A DNA stretch of 64,000 nucleotides, from contig NC_043010.1 of the NCBI RefSeq assembly GCF_006345805.1, forward strand, positions 25,110,001 through 25,174,000, written 5' to 3'. This document shows positions 50,089 through 60,297 of this stretch, piece after piece. Every line of letters starts with the position of its first letter. The stretch's first letter is position 1. The notes below the pieces were generated by a model, which saw nothing but the letters and a program-made list of their open reading frames with translations, ran no database searches and was not told where the DNA came from. Made by a program: the position numbers and the translations under genes. The DNA comes from Octopus sinensis. Lineage: Eukaryota.

Positions 50089-50487
50089 ATTTTTGCTTAG
50101 GGTTTCTTGTTTTTATAACTATCCAGAAGGGTAGACATCGTTGAGAACAATGAATTTAGTTGGTGATCTGTTATCTTAATTCTACCTTTTAGTGGTCTAA
50201 GAGAGATTAGAAGAGTCAAGTGGTGAAGACATTATTTCAGCCTAGCTAAGGCAATCTGTCAAATGTAAAACTGCTCTCACAGAAAAACTATTGTTCCACC
50301 ATAAGAAAAGTTCTGTTGAACTGTTACTTGAAATTTGATTATGGTGGATCGAATCCACTTCATGTCTGCAAGATTCACTACATATGTATTCATATATATA
50401 CATGGCTGCTTATATTAATTTTTAGTGCATGCATTAGCATTTCGCTAATACATCCATAAATTTTTATAGTATATATATATATATATA

Positions 50488-50552
<65 letters not shown>

Positions 50553-50553
50553 C

Positions 50554-51425
50554 CTCAGGATGAAAAATATCAGCTAAGATATATTTAAGTTTCCGACCTG
50601 TTTCCTCCTTTCATTGTTTTTTGCAAGTGTTATCACCATCAAGCCTTATTGTTTCCCCTTTTATCATCGTTATCGTTGTCTTTCGTCTCAAATGCTAGCT
50701 GAAGCATTTCTCCACAACATATAAACTTTCACTCACAGAAACTTATTCACACGACCGCAAAACATTTCGTCTCAAATCTGGTCTTCCTGTCGCTTAAATC
50801 TCTACCCCATCTTTCCCAACTTTCACACATAGAAACTTATTCACACGACCGCAAAGCATTTTGTCTCAAATCTCATCTTTCCCAGTGCGCGGTGTCGTTT
50901 TCTCCCTCTGTTATCACTATGTATCTCTCTCTCTCTCTCTCTCTCCGGTGTCGTTTTCTCCCTCTTTTATCACTATGTCTCTCTCTCTCTCTCTCTCTGT
51001 ATATATTTCACTTTCACTCGGTTCCACAGGCTTAGCCAATATGCTCTGCCTCCTACTCACACCTCCGCACCCCTCCCCTATAAAACCCAATGCACGAGGC
51101 TTGACCGTCCCTTACTATTCTTTTTCTCCTGGCTGTAACACACGAAACACGAAACTCAGGATGAAAAATATCAGCTAAGATATATTTAAGTTTCCGACCT
51201 GTTTCCTCCTTTCATTGTTTTTTGCAAGTATTATTATCACCATCATCAAGCCTTATTGTTTCCCCTTTTATCATCGTTATCGTTGTCTTTCGTCTCAAAT
51301 GCTAGCTGAAGCATTTCTCCACAACATATAAACTTTCACTCACAGAAACTTATTCGCACGACCGCAAAACATTTCGTCTCAAATCTGGTCTTCCTGTTGC
51401 TTAAATCTCATCTTTCCCAGTGCTC
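50554..51425. repeat. Direct duplication (period 601 bp) of an unclassified repeat with internal sub-duplications
   Basis: ctcaggatgaaaaatatcagc at 50554 and 51155 with ~270 bp near-identical. Confidence 0.85.
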
Positions 51426-51627
51426 GGTGCGCCCGCCCTCCCGCCACCTCCACCTGTACTGGAAGTCCTTATCTCACCTTGTCTTCCTTTGCTTTTCTTC
51501 CATGAACACCTAAAGGCCTTAAGCCAATACCACCCCTTCTATATAAGGTGGTGACCATACGGCGCAAAACATGATAGTGTGGTGTAGCAGGTCGAACTTA
51601 AGATCATTGCTTTGCTTATGAATTCTG

Positions 51628-53003
51628 CCAAAGAGATGTAGTAATGTCAAAGGAAGACTAACTAGGAAAATAGTTTTTATCTGTGGAATATGCTCAGGAG
51701 CAATAAACTCTGAAAATATGCAGAGACCAACTTCTATCATGTTTCAGGGAGAAAAACTAGAAGTAGTTGATAGCTTCCGCTACCTAGGTGACCAAGTCAG
51801 TAGCGGGGGCGGGTGTGCTGAAAGTGTAACTGCTAGAGTAAGTATAGCCTGGGAAAAGTTTAGAGAGCTCTTACCCCTGCTGGTGACAAAAGGCCTCTCG
51901 CTCAAAGTAAAAGGCAGACTGTATGATGCATGTGTACGTACAGCCATGCTACATGGTAGTGAAACTTGGGCTGTGACTGCTGAGGATTTACGTAAGCTCG
52001 CAAGAAATGAAGCTAGTATGCTCCGTTGGATGTGTAATGTCAGTGTTCATAGTCGACAGAGTGTAAGTACCTTGAGAGAAAAGTTGGACCTAAGAGGCAT
52101 CAGATGTTGTGTGCAAGAGAGACGATTGCGCTGGTATGGTCATGTGGCGAGAATGGATGAAGATAGGTGTGTGAAAAAGTGCCACACCCTGGCAGTTGAG
52201 GGGACCTGTGGAAGAGGTAGACCCAGGAAAACCTGGGTCGAGGTGGTGAAGCACGACCTTCGAACTCTAGGTCTCACCAAGGAAATGACCAGAGACCGAG
52301 ACCTATGGAAGTATGCTGTGCGTCAGAAGACCCGGCAAGACCAGTGAGAACAATCAAAATCAAATCATATATCAGAAAGCAGGGGTTAAGTGACCCATCC
52401 GTTCGTGTCCGCTGCCAGCCTCGTCTGGCACCCGTGTCGGTGATACGTAAAAGCACCATTCGCTCGTGGCCGTTTGCCAGCTCTGTCTGGCCCCCGTGTC
52501 AGTGGCACGTAAAAGCACTATCCGTTCGTGTTCGTTGCCAGCCTCACCTGGCCCCCGTGCCGGTGACACGTAAAAGCACCGTCCGTTCATGGCCGTTTGC
52601 CAGCTCTGTCTGGCCCCGTGTCAGTGGCACGTAAAAGCACCATCCGTTCATTGCCAGCCTCGGCTGGCCCCCATGCCAGTGATACGTAAAAGCACCGTCC
52701 GTTCATGGCCGTTTGCCAGCTCTGTCTGGTCCCGTGTCGGTGGCACGTAAAAGCACCATCCGTTCGTGTCCGTTGCCAGCATCGCCTGGCCCCGTGCCGG
52801 TGACACGTAAAAGCACCGTCCGTTCGTGGCCGTTTGCCAGCTCTGTCTGGCACCTGTGCAGGTGGCACGTAAAAAACACCCACTACACTCGCGGAGTGGT
52901 TGGCGTTAGGAAGGGCATCCAGCTTCACAGACCCCAGTTGACCCGTCCAACCCATGCTAGCATGGAAAGCGGACGCTAAATGATGACGATGATGATGATG
53001 ATG
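51628..53003 (+). mobile_element. 5'-truncated RTE LINE with expanded 3' UTR repeat
   Basis: KRCSNVKGRLTRKIV...FRYLGD...RLRWYGHV...KTRQDQ*; about eight 61-62-bp units at 52390-52875; (ATG)n tail. Confidence 0.92.
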
Positions 53004-53045
53004 ATATATATATATGTGTGTGTGTGTGTATCTGTATATATATAT

Positions 53046-53105
53046 AACAGAAAAGTCTAATTCTTCAATTGAATGTAACCGAGCAATGACGGGTATCTCT
53101 GCTAG
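53046..53105 (+). mobile_element. Solo Helitron 3' terminus
   Basis: 54/60 identical to 33576-33635, ends CTAG|T. Confidence 0.8.
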
Positions 53106-53869
53106 TACTGAAATAGTGGAGAAGATATGATATTGCTATGGGCTCGCCCTAGGCAAGAAGTTGAACTTTTTTTTTGCCCATGAAACTACATGGACCCTAA
53201 GTAAGGCATGTGTAAAATTTGAATGAAATTGGTTGTGTAGTTCTCAAGTTTTAGGGAATCGTAGTGGAAAAAGTTGAAAATGAGAGAGATTTTCATTGAT
53301 TCTCATTAGAGAGATTTTCATTGATTCTCATTCTTGTTTGTTCTTTTGCACACACATATTTTGGCTGATGCTTACATTGTTCATTGTATTATATCTGCTA
53401 CTCATCACTCATCTTGTCCAGTTTATGTCACTCACTGGTACTGCCCTTTGTAAAGAAATAACAATTTGAGCTGTTTTCCCACTTTCTATCTGTACAGTAA
53501 TAATAATATTCTAATGGTTGCAACTTTTGGTTCTGTAATGTTCACATTTCAAGAATTCTTCTACTGTCAATTAGAATTTTATTTGTACATACTGGGCATA
53601 GCGTTTTACCTGGCTGGAGTAGCATCTTTTTTTTTTCTTCCTTACTGAAACGTCGGTCCTTGCTAAGTAAGCTTGAAGGCTCTTTGATTTCATATTTTGC
53701 TTCCATACCTGGAATTTCTTTTGCACTTTGTTACAGACTCCACTAAGGCAGTTTTAAAATCCTGTTATGGCCTGCAGGATGATGATGAATGAGATAAAAC
53801 TGAGAACCAAGTCCTGGTGAATACCTTCCTGCACACTAAATTTGTCATTGTACTCATAGTGAAATGTCT

Positions 53870-54811
53870 TATTAAGTTGTCAAGAAAGTTCTTGGGGAAC
53901 TTTTAATTTTGGTTTTAAATGATGTATTTTCAAATTAATTTTCATTAAATTACTTTGACTTTATATATCATTTTAAAACCCATTTCCGCCTTATCTAATT
54001 GTGTTACTCTTTTTATTTTTGAATAATTAGGCCATTTTTTCCAGAACGTTGAATACAACATGGACAAAAAGCAAATTCGCACAGTTTTCTTATTCCAGTT
54101 CAAGCTAGACCAAAAAGCTACTGAAACAGCTTGTGATATCAACGATGCATTTGGCCCAGGAGCCACTAATGAACATACAGCACAATGGTGGTTCAAGAAA
54201 TTTCGTAGCAGTGACAAGAGTCTTGAAGATGATAAGCATAGTGGTCGACAACTATCAACTAAGAGCCTTAGTTGAAGCCAATCCACGCACAACTATTCGA
54301 GAGCTTGCTTCTGAATTAGACATAATGTATACGACAATTTCCAACCACTTAAAAGAGATTGGAAAAACAAAAATACTTGAGAAATGGGTGTTGCATGAAT
54401 TGAATGGCAACCCCTCAAAAAAACGCTGTTTTGAAGTGTCGTTTTCCCTTCTTTTACGCAACCAGAATGACCTGTTTCTTGACCAGATTGTGACTTGCAA
54501 TGAAAAGTGGATTCTTTACAACAACCAGCGACACTCAGCTCAGTGGTTGGGTGCCAACAAAGCTCCATGGCACTTCCCGAAGCTAAAGTTGCACCAAACG
54601 AAGGTCATGGTGACTCTATCGTGGTCTGCGGCCGGTCTCATCCGAAACCACCACAGCGGAGAAGTACTGTCAGCAAATGGATGAAATGCATAAGAAATTG
54701 CGACAACAACAGCTAGCATTGGTCAATAGCAAAGGACCAATTCTTCTCCATGACAATGCTTGGCCGCATGTCGAACAACTGACCCTGCAGAAGTTAAACG
54801 AATTGGGCTAC
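53870..54811 (+). pseudogene. Mariner (DD34D, Hsmar1/cecropia-like) transposase, decayed
   Basis: MDKKQIR...WFKKFRS...SGR; KWVLHEL; IVTC(N)EKWILYNN; HFPKLKLHQ; LLHDNAWPH; QKLNELGY; possible left TIR tattaagttgtcaagaaagttc at 53870 (weak). Confidence 0.85.
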
Positions 54812-55270
54812 ATCAAATACGAGAAGGAGGTAGTGCTGACCTAGATCAAGAGGCTGACTGCTGGAAGACCCTATGTCTAGCAACAGGATTCTGCATCATG
54901 CCACACAAGCAGGAGAACCCAGTTATGGCTATCAGACAATTGCTGTGACCACATTACCCCTAATATCTGGCCACCTAACTCCCAGACTGCAACCACTTTG
55001 ATTATTATGTGTGGGGTACTGTTGAGCAAGAGACCAACAAAACTCCTTTTGCACCAAAGATGAACTGAAGGCAATGATTATGGCACCATTGACCAACTTA
55101 AACAAGGAGACCGTCCAGAGTTGAAGGAAATTCTGAAGTCATCTGGAGGCATGGTTCAAGCCAAAGGCGATTTTATTGAATAAATTTATGCTTTAGTATT
55201 TCAAGATATTTTAATGTGATTTTGGTAAATAATTCTGTTAAAATGAGATGTCAGTGTTATTTTCAATTTT
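54807..55270 (+). pseudogene. maT/DD37D transposase C-terminus fused in frame to the mariner
   Basis: YIK..KEVVL.*IKRLTAGRPYV*QQDSASCHTSRRTQLWL...WPPNSPDCNHFDYYVWG...KGDFIE*. Confidence 0.8.
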
Positions 55271-55277
55271 TGAAAAT

Positions 55278-55560
55278 TGCTGCCCTTGTGGGGAAATTTG
55301 AAACCATTACTAGTACTGTTATGAAGCTGCTGACCCTGTGGCGAAATTTCAAACTGTTACTTGTACTGTTCTAAAGTTGCTGTTCCTGTGGCGAAATTTG
55401 AGACCGTTACTAGTACTGTTATGAAGTTACTGTACCTGCAGTGAAATTTGAGACCATTACCCATACTGCTATTAAGTAGCAGCTCCTGTGGCAAAATGTG
55501 AGGCTGTTACTAGTAGTGTTATGGAAGTGCTGCCCCTGTGGCGAAATCTGAGACCGTTGC
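55278..55560 (+). repeat. 50-bp minisatellite, ~6 diverged copies
   Basis: cctgtggcgaaatttgagac... at 55285, 55335, 55385, 55435, 55485, 55535. Confidence 0.9.
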
Positions 55561-55573
55561 TAAAATCTGAGAC

Positions 55574-55685
55574 AGCTCAAGTATACCCTCCTTCGTTAGC
55601 CGTGACCTGAAAACATATACTGAGAGTGATAAAAATCAAACATTCAGTCAACATCACAGCTAACGAAGGAGGGTATACTTGAGCT
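55574..55685. repeat. 32-bp inverted repeat with 48-bp spacer
   Basis: agctcaagtataccctccttcgttagccgtga (55574-55605) versus 55654-55685, one mismatch. Confidence 0.92.
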
Positions 55686-55884
55686 TCTTCAAAAGCTTTG
55701 TAGTGTGATCTTTCTTCTTGTCCTTCATAGGTTGGGATAAAAACTGGTATGAGGAATACCAAATGTCTTCATGCACTACCTGCTTGATAAAGAAACTCAG
55801 ACACTTCAATGTACCTGGCGATGGACCTGACTGACTTGGAGGGATTATTGTTAATGGTGACAATTTATCCATTGTATCCTGTAC

Positions 55885-55985
55885 ACCACAGGGTCAGCAG
55901 TTCCATAACACTACAGCAGCGGTCGCAGATTTCTTCAGAGGGGCAGCAGTTACATAACACTACAGCAATGGTCACAGATTTCGCA
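55885..55985 (-). repeat. Two inverted-orientation copies of the 50-bp unit
   Basis: cagcagtt(c/a)cataacactacagca...cagatttc at 55895 and 55944 match the reverse complement of the 55278-55560 units. Confidence 0.7.
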
Positions 55986-56060
55986 ATAGGACTAGTAATA
56001 TGTATATATAATGCATATATACAAAGTGTATATATCTGTATTTATATTTATATAAATATA

Positions 56061-59000
56061 TCATCATCATCAACATCATCATCATTTAGCGTCCGTTTTC
56101 CATGCTAGCATGGGTTGGACGGTTCAACTGGGGTCTGGGGAGCCCGAAGGCTGCACCAGGCCAGTCAGATCTGGCAGTGTTTCTACAGCTGGATGCCCTT
56201 CCTAACGCCAACCACTCCGAGAGTGTAGTGGGTGATTTTATGTGCCACCGACACAGGTGCCAGACGAGGCTGGCGAACGGCCACGCTCGGATGGTGTTTT
56301 TTATGTGCCACCGACACAGGTGCCAGACAAGGCTGGCAGACGGCCACGCTCGGATGGTGTTTTTATGTGCCATCGACACAGGTGCCAGATGAGGCTGGCG
56401 AACGGCCACGATCGGATGGTGTTTGTTACGTGCCCACAGCACGGAGGCCAGTCGATGCGTTACTGGCTACGGCCACATTCGGATGGTTTTCTTGTGTGCC
56501 ACAGACACTGGTACCACAAAGATACAAATTCCATTGATGTTCATCTATTTTGATTTGTTTTGATTTTCACTTGCCTCAACAGGTCTTCACAAGTGTCACA
56601 AGAAGGAAGGTATGCACAGGTGGACTGACTACGTCCCAGGTAGGGGCCACGGGTTATGGCCTGACTAGTCTTGCCGGGTCTTCGGATGGTATTTTTATGT
56701 GCCACCGACACAGGTGCCAGATGAGGCTGGCGAACGGCCACGATCGGATGGTGTTTGTTATGTGCCCACAGCACGGAGGCCAGTCGATGCGGTACTGGCT
56801 ACGGCCACGTTCGGATGGTTTTCTTGTGTGCCACGATCGGATGGTGTTTGTTACGTGCCCACAGCACGGAGGCCAGTCGATGCGGTACTGGCTACCGCCA
56901 CATTCGGATGGTTTTCTTGTGTGCCACCGGCACTGGTACCACAAAGTTACAAATTCCATTGATGTTCATCTATTTTGATTTGTTTTGATTTGATTTGATT
57001 TGATTTTCACTTGCCTCAACAGGTCTTCACAAGTGTCACAAGAAGGAAGGTATGCACAGGTGGACTGACTACGTCCCAGGTAGGGGCCACGGGTTATGGC
57101 CTGACTAGTCTTGCCGGGTCTTCGGATGGTGTTTTTATGTGCCACCAACACAGGTGCCAGATGAGGCTGGCGAACGGCCACGATCGGAAAGGTGTTTATG
57201 TGCCCACAGCACAGAGGCCAGTCGATGCGGTACTGGCTACGGCCACGTTCGGATGGTTTTCTTGTGTGCCACCGGCACTGGTACCACAAAGATACAAATT
57301 CCATTGATGTTCATCTATTTTGATTTGTTTTGATTTGATTTGATTTTCACTTGCCTCAACAGGTCTTCACAAGTGTCCCAAGAAGGAAGGTATGCACAGG
57401 TGGACTGACTACGTCCCAGGTAGGGGCCACGGGTTATGGCCTGACTAGTCTTGCCGGGTCTTCTCACACACAGCATACTTCCATAGGTCTCGGTCTCTAG
57501 TCATTTCCTTAGTGAGACCTAAAGTTCGAAGGTCGTGCTTCACTACCTCGTCCCAGGTTTTCCTGGGTCTACCTCTTCCACAGGTTCCCTCAACTGCTAG
57601 GGTGTAGCACTTTTGCACACAACTATCTTCAGCCATTCTCGTCACATGACCATACCAGCGCAGCCGTCTCTCTTGCACACCACAACTGACGCTTCTTAGG
57701 TTCAACTTTTCTCTCAAGGTACTTACACTCTGACGATTATGAACACTGATGTAACACATCCATCAGAGCATACTGGCTTCATTTCTTGCGAGCTTACGCA
57801 TATCCTCAGCAGTCAAGGTCCATGTTTCACTACCATGTAGCATGGCTGTACGTACACATGCATCATACAGTCTGCCTTTTACTCTGAGCGAGAGGCCTTT
57901 TGTCACCAGCAGGGGTAAGAGCTCTCTAAACTTTGCCCAAGCTATTCTTACTCTAGCAGTTACACTTTCAGCACACCCACCCCTGCTACTGACTTGGTCT
58001 CCTAGGTAGCGGAAGCTATCAACTACTTCTAGTTTGTCTCCCTGGAACGTGGTAGAAGTTGGTCTCTGCACATTTCCAGTGTTTATTGCTCCTGAGCATC
58101 TGCCACAGACAAAAACTATTTTCCTAGTTAGCCTTCCTTTGACATTGCTGCACCTCTTATGTGTCCATAGCTTACACTTGGTGCACCTTATAGAGTTTCT
58201 ACCTACACCTTTTTTACAGATCGAGCAGGGCCATCTACCTGAAGTCGTTTGTGATTGGTCCACCTTCCTACTTATTAGGACTTTGGTTTTGGCTAGGTTG
58301 ATTCTAAGGCCCTTCGATTCTAATCCTTGTTTCCACCCCTGAAACTTCTCCTCCAGTTCTGATAGTGACTCAGCAATTAGAGCAAGGTCATCAGCATAGA
58401 GGAGCTCCCAGGTGCATCCTGTCTTGAATTCCTCTGTTATTGCCTGGAGGACTATGATAAATAGGAGAGGACTGAGGACTGAACCTTGGTGGACCCCAAC
58501 CTCTACCCGGAATTCTTCACTGTACTCGTTGCCAACCCTCACCTTACTAGCAGCGTCTCTGTACTTGGCTTGCACAGCTCTCACTAACCATTCATCTATC
58601 CCTAGTTTCCTCATTGACCACCAGATAAGGGATCGGGGGACCCTGTCAAAGGCTTTCTCCAAGTCAACAAAAGCCAGGTACAAGGGCTTATCTTTGGCTA
58701 GGTATTTCTCCTGCAGCTGTCTTACCAGGAATATAGCATCAGTAGTACTTTTCCCTGGCACGAACCCAAACTGCATATCATCTAAGCTAACTCTCTCTCT
58801 AATTAATTGGGCTATAACCCTCTCCGTAACCTTCATTACCTGATCTAGCAGCTTGATGCCCCTGTAGTTATTTGTATCTAGGGCGTCGCCTTTACCTTTG
58901 TTGCAGTTGACTATTATGCTGCTACACCAGTCATTGGGTATGACTCCTTCGTGTATCACCTGGTTAACTATACGGGTGACTAAGCTATAGCCGACACTAC

Positions 59001-59981
59001 CAGATATTTTGAGCATCTCTGCAGTAATTCCTGATGGGCCTGGGGCTTTCCCTGTTTTCATGCTTCTAATTGCCTTATCTACTAAGGAACTTTTAACTTG
59101 GATTGCTGGTCCCTCTGTTGGGTCGACATTCGGCAGACTCTCTTTATCCCATTCATTTTCCTCATTCAGCAACCTTTCATAGTGGCGTCTCCAAGCCTCT
59201 CTCTTTGCATCCTCATTTAGTGCAAGTGAACCGTCATCCTTGCGAACACATTTCTCTCCTACCACGTCACGATTCTCTCTCACACACTGTCTTGCAACAT
59301 GAAATACCTCAAGTCTTTCATCCTCACGGCGCAGGACATTGGCAAATTTTTCCTTATCTGCCTCCCCTCTGGCTAGATAGACCTGTCTCCTAGCTTCCCT
59401 TTTGGCAGTCTGATACACTTCCCTGCTACCACCGTTCTTCCAGGCCTTCCAAGCCTGTTTCTTTTGTCTAATAGCCCTATCAACAATATTGTTCCACCAA
59501 CACGTTATTTTGGGTCTTAAGTGGACTTTGCACCAGCCACAGATCTGGTCAGTGGCTTTCAGCAGGTTGTCCCTCAGAAGCGTCCAGTTGTCTTCTACCC
59601 CCTGCGTAGCTATACCCCCTTCCATTTCGTCAAAGGCTTCAAGTAACATGTCTCTAAATCTCTGTCCATTCACAGGGTCTTTAAGCATCCAGACCCTTCT
59701 TCTCCATGTTGGTCGTCTTCTAGTCGCCCTCTTAGTCCTGATCCTAAAGTCACTAACTACCAGTCTATGTTGTGGGGTGCATTCTTCGCCTGGGAAGGTT
59801 TTGGCATTTATAAGCAGCCATCTTTCCCTTTTTCTGGCAAGGATGTAGTCGATTTGGCTAGTATGCCAGCCCGATCGGTAGGTGACCAGGTGGCTTGTCG
59901 GTTTTCTGAAGTTAGTGTTGCAAACCATAAGACTATTCGCATCGCAGAACTCCAGCAGCCTGGTTCCCTCCTCGTTGCGGG
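56061..59981 (-). mobile_element. RTE LINE, longest copy (APE C-half, RT, PHD, 3' UTR with tandem triplication)
   Basis: 721-aa ORF 57763-59928: SQIDYIL, PQHRL, NYRGIKLL, FVDLEKAFD, GVHQGSVLSPLLF, YADD (58387-58398); frameshifted tail to 57445; left end (ATC)n; right end abuts the Gypsy LTR. Confidence 0.95.
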
Positions 59982-60219
59982 TGTTATATAATCATCACAA
60001 CAAACATGAACAATCAACGTCGCCCATTGTCTCCCTTGATAAAAGGACTTTCACTTTGTTTCCCGCCAAAACAATTAACTTGTACAACAACGGCAGTCGA
60101 ATAAAGTATCTTGAATCGTTAACACGTTGTTTCAGTCTCTCTCATTTTCTTAATCTTTCATACTAAGTACTCACTACTTCCTTTAATACTCAATACAATA
60201 TATATATATAACAACAACA
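59982..60219 (+). repeat. 5' LTR of Mag-type Gypsy (238 bp)
   Basis: TGTT...AACA termini, internal AATAAA, immediately followed by the PBS. Confidence 0.8.
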
Positions 60220-60230
60220 TGGTGTCAGAA
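60220..60230 (+). promoter_or_regulatory. Primer-binding site, tRNA-Leu type
   Basis: TGGTGTCAGAA is complementary to the 3' end (…UUCUGACACCA) of eukaryotic tRNA-Leu(CAG/CAA). Confidence 0.8.
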
Positions 60231-60297
60231 TACTAAAAGAACCCAAAATACAGAAACCAAAGGAAAAAAGAAGTTGAAATCATACTTCAAAGACGAA

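Noticed and set aside
52390-52875. Regularly spaced palindromic repeats resembling a CRISPR array (also 55278-55560 and the 9-13 kb satellite)
   Set aside because: Contiguous tandem units without unique spacers, no cas genes, eukaryotic TE context
55660-55872. 70-aa minus-strand ORF inside the foldback-like element (PGTLKCLSF)
   Set aside because: Too short, only vague resemblance to transposase fragments
57340-57442. ctgttgaggcaagtgaaa (hammerhead-like) and aggggccacg (pistol-like) strings in the RTE 3' UTR
   Set aside because: Core mismatches and no supporting stems or pseudoknot; only simple hairpins form
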